Shown piece by piece: positions 9,784 to 18,520 of a DNA stretch of 64,000 nt (position 1 is its first letter; each line of letters opens with the position of its first letter). The notes under the pieces were generated by a model. That model made no database searches. It saw only the letters and a list, made by a program, of their open reading frames with translations, and was not told the origin of the DNA. A program made the translations under genes and the position numbers. Source of the stretch: Acetatifactor sp. (lineage in GTDB: Bacteria > Bacillota > Clostridia > Lachnospirales > Lachnospiraceae); contig JAZLGY010000095.1 in NCBI GenBank assembly GCA_045616525.1, positions 18,849 to 82,848 on the forward strand, read 5' to 3'.

Positions 9784-10564
9784 AAGAGGATTAAAGGATG
9801 GTATTCCCATTGCCTTGGGATACTTTGCTGTAAGCTTTAGTGTTGGAATTATGGCTGTATCCGGAGGATTAAGTGTTTTACAGGGCTGTATTATGAGTCT
9901 GACCAATGTAACAAGCGCAGGTCAGTTCGCAGGTATTCAAATTATAGCGGTAGGCGGTACTTTAATTGAAATAGCGCTGACACAGTTAATTATTAATCTA
10001 AGATATGCATTAATGAGTTTGTCGTTATCACAGAAGCTGGATGACAGTGTTAAGCTTTGGCAGAGATTTGTCATTGCTTTTGCGAATACGGATGAAATAT
10101 TTGCAGTTGCTATGTCCAACAAGAAAACATTACGTTTCCCTTATATGGTTGGATTGCAATCCCTGCCTATTGTTGGCTGGGTTTCCGGCACCTTTTTAGG
10201 TAGCGTTGCCTGTAATTTGATGCCAAAGTCTGTCAGCGTTGCGATGAATGTAATGCTTTATGCAATGTTTATTGCAATTGTTATTCCGGATGCAAAGAAG
10301 AAACAGTCGGTGTTAATGGTAAGTATCTTTGCAGTGATTCTGAGCTGTTTATTTACATATGTTCCGGTTTTAAAGCTTGTTTCCGGCGGTATTTCTATTA
10401 TTCTTTGCACTGTAATCGCAGCTCTTTTGGGCGCCTTTATATGGCCCTTGGAGGATACTGAGGAGGTTTCTAAGGAAGTTTCTAAGGAGATATCTAAGGA
10501 GATTTCTTATGGAAACGTAGCTTCTAAGGAATTAGATTTGGAGCAAAAGGAGGATGTAGAATAA
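9773..10564 (+). CDS. azlC: AzlC-family branched-chain amino acid permease subunit
   Basis: 263 aa polytopic membrane protein; FKRGLKDGIPIALGYFAVSFSVG N-terminus; followed by azlD. Confidence 0.85.
   Translation: MEFKRGLKDGIPIALGYFAVSFSVGIMAVSGGLSVLQGCIMSLTNVTSAGQFAGIQIIAVGGTLIEIALTQLIINLRYALMSLSLSQKLDDSVKLWQRFVIAFANTDEIFAVAMSNKKTLRFPYMVGLQSLPIVGWVSGTFLGSVACNLMPKSVSVAMNVMLYAMFIAIVIPDAKKKQSVLMVSIFAVILSCLFTYVPVLKLVSGGISIILCTVIAALLGAFIWPLEDTEEVSKEVSKEISKEISYGNVASKELDLEQKEDVE
10461..10508 (+). repeat. about 4 tandem 15-bp repeats encoding (E/K)(V/I)SKE at the AzlC C-terminus
   Basis: GAGGTTTCTAAGGAA GTTTCTAAGGAGATA TCTAAGGAGATT... gives EEVSKEVSKEISKEIS. Confidence 0.8.
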
Positions 10565-10860
10565 TGGTTTACCTTTATATATTTACCATGGCATCTGTCA
10601 CTTATTTGATCCGAATGTTGCCCCTGACTATATTTAAAAAGAAAATTACGAATAAATATGTAAAAAGCTTTTTATATTATGTTCCCTATGCCTGCTTAAT
10701 GGCCATGACGTTTCCTTCGGTATTTTATGCAACCGGAAGTATGGTTAGTGCTATTTTAGGTGTTATGCTTGCTATTTTCCTTGCCTTAAAGGGAAAAGGT
10801 CTGGTTACGGTTTCTGTTTGCTCCTGTATACTGATTTTTATTATAGAGAGAATATTATAA
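10564..10860 (+). CDS. azlD: AzlD-family branched-chain amino acid transport protein
   Basis: 98-aa hydrophobic protein; start overlaps the azlC stop (TAATG). Confidence 0.8.
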   Translation: MVYLYIFTMASVTYLIRMLPLTIFKKKITNKYVKSFLYYVPYACLMAMTFPSVFYATGSMVSAILGVMLAIFLALKGKGLVTVSVCSCILIFIIERIL

Positions 10861-10961
10861 ATTGCTGACTCTACCTTGATTCTACTATGTTGGAATTGAT
10901 TCTACCTTACGTTGTAACATATGTTTGTATTACATATTAATTAGCGATAAGGAGAAAAAAT

Positions 10962-11375
10962 ATGATTCAAATTGCTTTTATTATTTTGATTATTGTTTTG
11001 GTTATTAGAGTGATAACTTCATCAATTATGGTCGGAGATTTTTGGTGTAGAGTTATTGGAACAACATTATGTATTACTCCTATTTTGGTATATTTGATAT
11101 TGATGTTTGCCCCTGTTAAAAATATTGCAATTTATGGACTGGCAATCAATTATTTTGGAAACACCTTAACGTATGTAGGGATTATATTTATTGTTGTTGG
11201 ATATTTGATAGCCTTTATCCTTAAAATAATTGAAAATATAAATGATATAATGATTGGAATAAAACAAATTTTTTTCATGTATGGGGCAAATGGGATTGTA
11301 TTCATTATAATGGGACCTTTATATTCATTACTTGGTTATGTTTTGAGTCAAGATTTTATAAGGATGATTCAATAA
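10962..11375 (+). CDS. hypothetical polytopic membrane protein
   Basis: 137 aa, about 4 hydrophobic segments; AAGGAG RBS. Confidence 0.6.
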   Translation: MIQIAFIILIIVLVIRVITSSIMVGDFWCRVIGTTLCITPILVYLILMFAPVKNIAIYGLAINYFGNTLTYVGIIFIVVGYLIAFILKIIENINDIMIGIKQIFFMYGANGIVFIIMGPLYSLLGYVLSQDFIRMIQ

Positions 11376-11668
11376 AGGCATATGACTATAATTAGAGTTT
11401 TTTATGATTTGGTCATAGGTATTGCTTATACTTCATGACCTGGATTCGAATATTTTGAATTAAAGTCATATATATGCATGTGAGTATTATTTACAAATGA
11501 TTACAAATGATTTCATGATTTACATTTACGTTGTGGATTATATATTAAATGTAACCTAATGCTAGATTTTACTTACTATATCAATGAAAGATGTAAATTA
11601 TATAGTGATTTTGCCGATAAACAAATAGGATGGTACATCCACATAATAAAAAAGAGAGGTATAAAACA

Positions 11669-11887
11669 ATGGATATTAAGAAACAGATTACAGACGCTGT
11701 AGAGAAGGTTACAAAGGACGCTAAGCTTCAGGAAGAATTTAAGAAGGATCCTGTAAAGGCTGTAGAAAAGGCAACTGGCGTTGATCTTCCGGACGATGTT
11801 GTAAAGCAGATTGTTGATGGAATCAAGACAAAGCTTGCAGTAGACAAGATTGGCGGCGTTGCAGATAAGATTAAGGGACTTTTCTAA
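11669..11887 (+). CDS. small hydrophilic K/D/V-rich hypothetical protein
   Basis: 72 aa from the ATG at 11669 (AGAGAGG RBS); the antisense ORF 11576-11905 is considered spurious. Confidence 0.6.
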   Translation: MDIKKQITDAVEKVTKDAKLQEEFKKDPVKAVEKATGVDLPDDVVKQIVDGIKTKLAVDKIGGVADKIKGLF

Positions 11888-11890
11888 GGA

Positions 11891-12304
11891 ATGACTATTA
11901 AGCATAGAAAGACATCCAGAGTTATCGGCATTTTATTAATCTTTTTTGGAATCATATATTTTTTATTTGCTATTCCTGTGTTTATGAGTGGACCGGAAGA
12001 GGTTACTGCAACGGTAACTCGTGTCTACAAGATGCATGGCCATAACATAAATAATGGCAAACAAAGAGAATATTATTCCTGTGTATGGCAGGATTTAGAA
12101 GGCAAGGAAGTAACAGAAACAAAGCTTTATAACAGTAATCATTATAAAGAGGGGGATCAATTGGCTGTTCAGGTCGATAGAAAAACCCACACAAAACTGT
12201 ATTCAAGCTTTATTCCTTCTTTTGTTGTTAGCGCTGTGTTTTTCATGATTGGAGTTTGGCTTTTTGTTATTACAAGAAAAAGGAATATCAAAACTCAACT
12301 ATAA
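11891..12304 (+). CDS. DUF3592-like membrane protein (TM, beta-rich domain, TM)
   Basis: 137 aa; N- and C-terminal TM segments flanking a soluble domain. Confidence 0.5.
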   Translation: MTIKHRKTSRVIGILLIFFGIIYFLFAIPVFMSGPEEVTATVTRVYKMHGHNINNGKQREYYSCVWQDLEGKEVTETKLYNSNHYKEGDQLAVQVDRKTHTKLYSSFIPSFVVSAVFFMIGVWLFVITRKRNIKTQL

Positions 12305-12308
12305 TAAG

Positions 12309-12338
12309 TAGCTCAGGTCTTACGGCTTGAGCTATTTT
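12309..12338 (+). terminator. rho-independent terminator
   Basis: TAGCTCAGG-tcttacgg-CTTGAGCTA followed by TTTT. Confidence 0.65.
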
Positions 12339-12391
12339 AAGTCTATTATGAGTCGATTTGGGGAATATAATTGCCGAATGTTTTTGGTATT

Positions 12392-12691
12392 TACGGAGTA
12401 TATTGAATAGTTAATCAGTGCTCCGTACGTTTTTGACATTCTTTACGGAGAAAATATCAATTTATATTTATTGCTCCGTATGTTTTTCTTGTTTTATACG
12501 GAGCAATTTTAAAATAATTCAAAAAGCTCCGTATAAAAATTCGATTTATTACGGAGCCTTTTATAATTATATAAAAATTCTCCGTAAAATGTTTCAATAT
12601 TATACGGAGATATTAGTGAAAAGTCAATTATCTCCGTAAATGACTCCAAAATCATACGGAGAAATAACATAATTACTGTATATGCTCCGTA
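12392..12691. repeat. phased array of 12 invariant heptamers, alternately TACGGAG and CTCCGTA, period 52-53 bp
   Basis: TACGGAG starts at 12392, 12444, 12497, 12550, 12603 and 12655. CTCCGTA starts at 12421, 12474, 12527, 12580, 12632 and 12685. CTCCGTA-N16-TACGGAG spacing is exact five times, and the spacers are unrelated AT-rich sequence. Confidence 0.9.
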
Positions 12692-13022
12692 ATATGCATG
12701 CGAAATTTTCTTAAATATGGATTTATGTATCGATTCCACTGTGCTAATAGTCACTCTGTCAGCAATATATTGGGTCTTGAATTGTTATATTATATATGTC
12801 ATGTAGAATAGTTACGAATTGTTTTATGATTTAAGGGGCTGGTTTACAAATTGATTAGTAATTTGATCTCTATTGTTCTAGAGTATGGAAAATATAATAA
12901 ATATTTAAGAGATAGAGCAGGCAATTTCTGATATAGTATATTTTAGTGACAGCTTATATGATCATTAGCAATAGTTTGTATGATAATCAGTATAGTTTAT
13001 ATTATAATTCGACATCACATAT

Positions 13023-13379
13023 ATGATCATTAATAATCACTTATACTATAAAAATCATCTATATTATATTGGAGAAAACGATAAGACAGCAATTATTTGG
13101 CCCATTTTATTAATTGTGTTGGGGATTTTTCTGGCTGTTAAATTTATTGGAATAGGAACAAAGCTTGATGAAACTGATTTGGAATATTGTAATGAATTGA
13201 AGGAATTAGGATTATCAGCAGAGGAATTATGGACACGTTCCAAGGAGTATGATCTAAGAAAAATGTACCGTATAGCTTTAGAGGTAAGGCTTAAGGAGCT
13301 TTCTAAGGATCGTGTGCCGGAGTGGTTTATGAGGGACTGTTATAAGGTTAGACTACCGGAATTAAAGGATTTTAAATAA
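13023..13379 (+). CDS. hypothetical single-pass membrane protein
   Basis: 118 aa, one TM segment (IIWPILLIVLGIFLAV); no convincing RBS, so it may not be expressed as annotated. Confidence 0.4.
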   Translation: MIINNHLYYKNHLYYIGENDKTAIIWPILLIVLGIFLAVKFIGIGTKLDETDLEYCNELKELGLSAEELWTRSKEYDLRKMYRIALEVRLKELSKDRVPEWFMRDCYKVRLPELKDFK

Positions 13380-13399
13380 ATTGTATAAGGTGTCAAAAT

Positions 13400-13963
13400 A
13401 TGAGATTAATAATGCTAAATAAAGAACAGTTGGCCGAGATTTATCGTACTAAAATGGTCAATGATTTTCCGCCAATGGAATTAAAACCCTTAGACAGAAT
13501 GTTTGAAGCATATGACAAGGGGAATTATGCATGTTATGCGATGATCAATGATGCAGAAGAAGTGTTAGGGTATGCATTGTTTGTAAAGATGGACAATCAT
13601 TATCTTTTTGATTATTTTGCAGTCAACATGGATCGCCGAAATGAAGGATTAGGAAGTAGCTTTTTAGAACTGATTCATGCGGAATTTAAAGATAGTGACA
13701 GCGTGATTGGTGAAGTAGAAGATCCGGAATATGCAGAAAATGAGACTGACAAATCACTTCAGACCAGAAGACTTAATTTTTACCTGAGAAATGGATATAT
13801 TAATACAGGAATTAAGGTTCGAATGTTTGATGTAGATTACATTGTTCTGGAAATGGATTTGGGCAAAAATGATTCCAAAGAAAAAATTGCTGATTTATAT
13901 CTGGCTCATTACAAAGCCATGCTTCCGGATGAATTATTTAGACAGAAGGTAATGGTAAAATAG
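13400..13963 (+). CDS. GNAT-family N-acetyltransferase
   Basis: 187 aa; acetyl-CoA motif A-like RRNEGLGSSFL. Confidence 0.7.
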   Translation: MRLIMLNKEQLAEIYRTKMVNDFPPMELKPLDRMFEAYDKGNYACYAMINDAEEVLGYALFVKMDNHYLFDYFAVNMDRRNEGLGSSFLELIHAEFKDSDSVIGEVEDPEYAENETDKSLQTRRLNFYLRNGYINTGIKVRMFDVDYIVLEMDLGKNDSKEKIADLYLAHYKAMLPDELFRQKVMVK

Positions 13964-13982
13964 CTTACAAAAGAGGTTTCTA

Positions 13983-14381
13983 ATGAATAGAGATAATATA
14001 AAACGTGACCGTATGATATTTGCTTTGATAACAATCTTCTTGATTATTGTGGAATTTATCATTGGTTTATTTGTTCATGACAATTTAATCAGACCCTTTG
14101 GCGGGGATGTCATAGTCGTAATTGTTTTGTATACCATTGTAAGAGTGATTATTCCACATACAAAGTATCCCATAGCTTTATATGTTTTTATTTTTTCGGC
14201 ATTATATGAATTTACACAAAAGATTCCCTTGGTAGATTTCCTTGGAATTAAAAATGGCTTTCTGAGAGCCTTAATCGGAACAACCTATTCAAGTAAGGAT
14301 ATCATATGTTATTTGATTGGATGCCTTGTATGTTTAGTTTATGATATCTATTATTTCATTCAGTTTAAAAAAGAGAATTAA
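13983..14381 (+). CDS. DUF2809-family membrane protein
   Basis: 132 aa; RPFGGDVIVVIVLY and LIGTTYSSKDIICYLIG resemble DUF2809 conserved blocks. Confidence 0.55.
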   Translation: MNRDNIKRDRMIFALITIFLIIVEFIIGLFVHDNLIRPFGGDVIVVIVLYTIVRVIIPHTKYPIALYVFIFSALYEFTQKIPLVDFLGIKNGFLRALIGTTYSSKDIICYLIGCLVCLVYDIYYFIQFKKEN

Positions 14382-14382
14382 A

Positions 14383-15129
14383 ATGAAAAGTAAAAAGAAA
14401 ATATTAATTAGATTTATTTTGGCTGTTGTTTTACTCCTGGTAACTTTCATGTATTTAATCCTCAGCAAAAAAATACAGTTAAACGGAATTCTTGCAGATA
14501 AATATGAGATAAAGGGAATTGATGTATCCCATTACCAGGGAGAAATTGACTGGGACCAGATGGAGGCTCAAAATATTACTTTTGCTTATATTAAAGCGAC
14601 AGAAGGTAGCAGCCATATAGATGATTATTTCTATGAAAATTGGGAATATATTGGATATACCAATATTTATGCCGGGGCTTATCATTTTTTCAGCTTTGAG
14701 AGTTCAGGAAAAACACAGGCTGAAAATTACATCAATGTTGTGGGAAGCCTTCAGGGTAAATTAAGACCGGCAGTTGATGTTGAGTATTATGGAAATAAAG
14801 CAAACGAACCTTTGGATTATGACATGATTAAAGGTGAATTAAAAGTTTTGCTTAAGACATTGGAAGAGGAATATGGAACAAAACCTGTCATTTACTGTAC
14901 CTACAAAGCCTATAATGACTTTATAAAGGGAACCTTTGATGAATATGATTTGTGGATAAGAAATGTTTATATAACGCCGAATCTCTTTGTAAAAGGAAAA
15001 TGGACCTATTGGCAGTATTCCGATAAGGGTGAACTACAAGGGATTTATGGGTATGAGAAATATGTGGATTTCAACGTATTTTATGGAGATCTGGATGAAT
15101 TTATCCGGTACAATATGTTAAGGGATTGA
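14383..15129 (+). CDS. glycoside hydrolase family 25 lysozyme (muramidase) with N-terminal membrane anchor
   Basis: IKGIDVSHYQGEIDWDQM...FAYIKATEG GH25 signature. Start set to the ATG at 14383, directly after the upstream stop. Confidence 0.85.
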   Translation: MKSKKKILIRFILAVVLLLVTFMYLILSKKIQLNGILADKYEIKGIDVSHYQGEIDWDQMEAQNITFAYIKATEGSSHIDDYFYENWEYIGYTNIYAGAYHFFSFESSGKTQAENYINVVGSLQGKLRPAVDVEYYGNKANEPLDYDMIKGELKVLLKTLEEEYGTKPVIYCTYKAYNDFIKGTFDEYDLWIRNVYITPNLFVKGKWTYWQYSDKGELQGIYGYEKYVDFNVFYGDLDEFIRYNMLRD

Positions 15130-15162
15130 TCTTTATTTAAATACAAAATGAGGAGTTTTAAG

Positions 15163-15711
15163 ATGAAAAAGCTTGCTGTTTATTTTCCGGGAATTGGATA
15201 TACCTGTGATAAACCCTTGTTATATTATGCAAGAGATATTGCTTATGAAAAAGGGTATGAAGAATATATAAATGTAAGTTATAACTATCAAAAGAAAACA
15301 GAAAATGTGAAAGACAGAATAGTAGAAATCGGAGAGGAGCTTTTGACCTTGGCAGAAGCATTTCTTGAAGACATTCCTTGGGATGAGTATGATGATGTTT
15401 TATTCGTTTCAAAAAGCATTGGTACAGCAATTGCAGTTTCTTATGCTGAAAGAAAACAAATCAAAAATATAAAACATATTTTATATACCCCATTAGAACA
15501 CACTTTTTCACATGATATTTGTAATGCACTTGCATTTATTGGAACGAAAGACGGATGGAGTGATGTATCTAAGATTATTGCTTTGGCAAAAGAAAAGAAT
15601 ATACCTTTAAATGTCTATTCTGATTGTAATCATTCCATGGAAACTGAGAATACGATTGTAAATCTTGAAATTCTTTCAGAAATTATGAAAAAAACAGCAG
15701 ATTTCTTGTAA
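15163..15711 (+). CDS. small alpha/beta-fold hydrolase
   Basis: 182 aa from the ATG at 15163 (AGGAG RBS); nucleophile-elbow-like SKSIG, late Asp/His (DCNHS). Confidence 0.5.
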   Translation: MKKLAVYFPGIGYTCDKPLLYYARDIAYEKGYEEYINVSYNYQKKTENVKDRIVEIGEELLTLAEAFLEDIPWDEYDDVLFVSKSIGTAIAVSYAERKQIKNIKHILYTPLEHTFSHDICNALAFIGTKDGWSDVSKIIALAKEKNIPLNVYSDCNHSMETENTIVNLEILSEIMKKTADFL

Positions 15712-15761
15712 AAACCTTCTTTTTTGTAAAAAATAATGTAATATTACTTGAATTGTGATAC

Positions 15762-15798
15762 AATTATATATACTTGAATTTATTAAGTATATATAATT
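15762..15798. promoter_or_regulatory. perfect 14-bp inverted repeat (candidate operator) just upstream of the GGDEF gene
   Basis: AATTATATATACTT-N9-AAGTATATATAATT. TACTTGAATT is also directly repeated at 15745 and 15771. Confidence 0.45.
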
Positions 15799-15819
15799 CG
15801 ATTGAAGAAGGTGATTGGT

Positions 15820-17772
15820 TTGAAAAGAAAAATAGCTGTTTTTTCAAATGCATGGAGTGAGAAAAGTTTAAGTGACGCGTTGGAAGGAATTAAAGAGCGT
15901 GCACAAGAAGAAGATTTTGATATTTTTGTCTTTTTGAGTCATGCTGCACCGGGAAATGATGCCAACGAACAACGAGAGGAAAAAAGAATATACCAATTAC
16001 CTGATTTGGAAGATTTTGATGGTGGAATTATTTTTTCTTCAGCCATGAATTTTCATGATTTGGTTGAAGATATTTGGCAAAGAGCTCGTAAGGCAGGGGT
16101 ACCATTAGTAAGTATAGGCGAAAAACTTGAAGGATGTCCACTGGTTGAATTTAATAATAAAGACAGTATGAAACAGCTTGTTGAACATTTAATTACTGTT
16201 CATGGAATAAAGGATATTGAGTTCATTGCCGGTATGAAGGATAGCGTTGATTCAAATATCAGAATTGAAGCAGCCAGAGAAGTTATGCAAAAATATAATT
16301 TAGTTTTGGATGAACCCAATCTTCATTATGGTGATTGGAGTGTTTTTGGTGCTATGAAAACTACGGCGGATATTATAGAAAGCCGAGAGGGAAAACTTCC
16401 AGATGCATTTATATGTGCCAATGACACACTGGCCATGAGTGTTTGTGTAGAATTAGAAAATCATGGATTTCATGTTCCGAACGATACAGTGGTTACTGGT
16501 TATGATCGTATTTATGATGGACAAATATTTGATCCGTCTCTTTGTACTGTAGGTCGTGATGACAAATTATCCGGTAAAATGGCGTTTGATTCATTATTGC
16601 TTGCTATCCAAGAACAAAAAAACGAAGATATAATTATTGACAGTGAATTTATTCCAAATCAAAGTTGTGGTTGTGTAAATTCTAATGCGAATAAACTTCG
16701 TTCTGATGAATGTAAAAGAGCTTTTTATAATAAAGTAGATTCACTTAATTTTGGTTGGAGTAACAGTTGGCTTTCGTCAAGAGTTTTAGATAGTAAGAAT
16801 CCTAAGGATATTCGTAATAATTTAGAGGAACACTTTAAGAATAGTCATATGTTTAAAAATGGTACAGCCTTCATTTTAGAGGATCCAATTGCAAAAATGT
16901 ACTTTGCAGGTAATGTTACCAATGATTTCGAGAATATTAGTTATTCTGAAGAATTAGAAGTTATGGTAGCAGTGGATCATTTTAATGTGATTGATAAAAG
17001 TAATACAATGCCACGTAAGCAAATGATTCCGGGATATAAAAAAATTGAAAATAATAGCAGATTATTTATATTTTTACCTATTCATTTTAAAGATCGTGTT
17101 TTTGGATATGCTGTAATAGAAGATTTCGTAGAAGGAATAGCAAATAGAAAGATTAAAATTTTTGTAGATAGTTTTAATCAGACAATAGACAAATTGAAAC
17201 AAAATATTGCACTTGAACAATTAAATGCTCGATTACAGGAACTTTATACAAAGGATGCATTAACCGGGATGTACAATCGATTTGGATTTGCAACGATTGG
17301 TAATTTAATGTACGAGAATTGCAGAGAGCATGAGAATGAAATGATTCTTATGTTCACAGATATTAACAGAATGAAGCTGATTAATGACTATTATGGTCAT
17401 TTGCAAGGGGATAAAGCAATTAAAACGACTGCAGAAGCCATTCTTGAATCAATTCCTGAAGATTGGATTGCTATTCGTTTTGGTGGTGACGAGTTTCTTA
17501 TTATGGGACAAAGTAATCATGCAGATAATATTGATGCTGTTAAGAATAAGATTGTTAATGAGGTTAAAAATAAAGGAAAAGAAGCGCAATATCCATTTTA
17601 TTTAAGTGTAAGCTGTGGATACTTAAAATTTGTTCCTGATTCAAATAAAACATTGGACAGTTATATAAAACAGGCAGATGAGGCCATGTATGAAATAAAG
17701 GCCTATATGCATTCCTGTGACCAGGAACTAAGAGATTTTGTAGAGAAGTGTAAAGGAAATACTTTAGAATAA
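15820..17772 (+). CDS. diguanylate cyclase with N-terminal LacI/PBP type-I sugar-binding sensor domain (no HTH, no TM)
   Basis: RFGGDEFLIMG active site; N-terminal half has the periplasmic-binding-fold motif FICANDTLAMSV. A TTG start at 15820 is preferred (AAGGTGA RBS 5 nt upstream); the alternative TTG is at 15802. Confidence 0.85.
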   Translation: MKRKIAVFSNAWSEKSLSDALEGIKERAQEEDFDIFVFLSHAAPGNDANEQREEKRIYQLPDLEDFDGGIIFSSAMNFHDLVEDIWQRARKAGVPLVSIGEKLEGCPLVEFNNKDSMKQLVEHLITVHGIKDIEFIAGMKDSVDSNIRIEAAREVMQKYNLVLDEPNLHYGDWSVFGAMKTTADIIESREGKLPDAFICANDTLAMSVCVELENHGFHVPNDTVVTGYDRIYDGQIFDPSLCTVGRDDKLSGKMAFDSLLLAIQEQKNEDIIIDSEFIPNQSCGCVNSNANKLRSDECKRAFYNKVDSLNFGWSNSWLSSRVLDSKNPKDIRNNLEEHFKNSHMFKNGTAFILEDPIAKMYFAGNVTNDFENISYSEELEVMVAVDHFNVIDKSNTMPRKQMIPGYKKIENNSRLFIFLPIHFKDRVFGYAVIEDFVEGIANRKIKIFVDSFNQTIDKLKQNIALEQLNARLQELYTKDALTGMYNRFGFATIGNLMYENCREHENEMILMFTDINRMKLINDYYGHLQGDKAIKTTAEAILESIPEDWIAIRFGGDEFLIMGQSNHADNIDAVKNKIVNEVKNKGKEAQYPFYLSVSCGYLKFVPDSNKTLDSYIKQADEAMYEIKAYMHSCDQELRDFVEKCKGNTLE

Positions 17773-17806
17773 ATTTGACATTTTGATATTACTTGATGAG
17801 GTTTTT

Positions 17807-18517
17807 ATGCTGAGGTTTGTATTTGTTATTTGTGTTTCTATTTTTTCTATTATTATTTTTTTATGGGGAGTTTCATATATTGAAAGACATGGAAGTCAGT
17901 ATACTGAAGAATACCGATATGAAATAGCACAAAGAGTTGTTGACCGAATAAAAAAGAATGGTTTTATAGAAACAAAGGTATATGGAAAGGAAAATTTACC
18001 AAATACAGGCGGCTATATAATGTACTCTAATCATCAGGGAAAGTATGATGCTTTAGGTATCATATACGGACATGAAAAGCCTTGCACCGTGATGATTGAT
18101 GAGAAACGTTCCAGGCTGTTAATTGCGGATCAATTTATCAGTTTAATTAAAGGCTGTCGAATTGATAGAACCAGTATAAAAACACAAATAAAAGCTATAA
18201 AACAGGTTACAGATGAGGTTTCTAAGGGTAGAAGATATATTATTTTCCCTGAAGGTGGTTATGAACATAATCATAATAATGTTCAGGAATTTTTGCCCGG
18301 GGCATTTAAATGTGCAATAAATTCAGGTGTTCCGATTGTTCCTGTTGCACTGATTGATTCTTACAAGCCTTTTGAGATTAATTCTTTAAGAAAAGTAACA
18401 ACACAGGTTCATTATTTACCGCCCATTGAGTATGAACAATATAAAGATATGAAGACATCTGAATTGGCCGAATTTGTGAGAAAACAGATTGTAGATAAGA
18501 TTGAATGTGTTATATAA
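17807..18517 (+). CDS. 1-acyl-sn-glycerol-3-phosphate acyltransferase-like (PlsC family)
   Basis: HX4D motif (NHQGKYD) and FPEGG; N-terminal TM; ATG at 17807 with a GAGG RBS. Confidence 0.8.
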   Translation: MLRFVFVICVSIFSIIIFLWGVSYIERHGSQYTEEYRYEIAQRVVDRIKKNGFIETKVYGKENLPNTGGYIMYSNHQGKYDALGIIYGHEKPCTVMIDEKRSRLLIADQFISLIKGCRIDRTSIKTQIKAIKQVTDEVSKGRRYIIFPEGGYEHNHNNVQEFLPGAFKCAINSGVPIVPVALIDSYKPFEINSLRKVTTQVHYLPPIEYEQYKDMKTSELAEFVRKQIVDKIECVI

Positions 18518-18520
18518 TAT

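Noticed and set aside
11442-11451. GGATTCGAAT resembling a tRNA T-loop
   Set aside because: No acceptor, anticodon or D-arm complementarity is present in the flanking sequence, so it is not a tRNA.
12392-12691. CRISPR array interpretation of the 53-bp periodic repeats
   Set aside because: Only 7-8 nt at each end of the would-be 30-nt repeat are conserved, and the interior is different in every unit. The spacers would be only about 23 nt. No cas genes or leader are nearby.
12392-12691. CsrA-type sponge RNA (the ACGGA in TACGGAG resembles the A(N)GGA CsrA motif)
   Set aside because: On either strand, each GGA-containing heptamer has a perfectly complementary partner 16 nt away. The motif would therefore be buried in stems rather than displayed in loops. 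It is kept only as a remote possibility under the RNA hypothesis.
12418-12754. Two predicted ORFs (12418-12639 plus strand, 73 aa; 12509-12754 minus strand, 81 aa) covering the heptamer array
   Set aside because: They have no RBS. Their composition is low-complexity and Tyr/Ile/Phe-rich, dictated by AT-rich DNA. They overlap each other on opposite strands, and their apparent periodicity simply mirrors the TACGGAG/CTCCGTA motif. I treat them as artefacts of the non-coding array.
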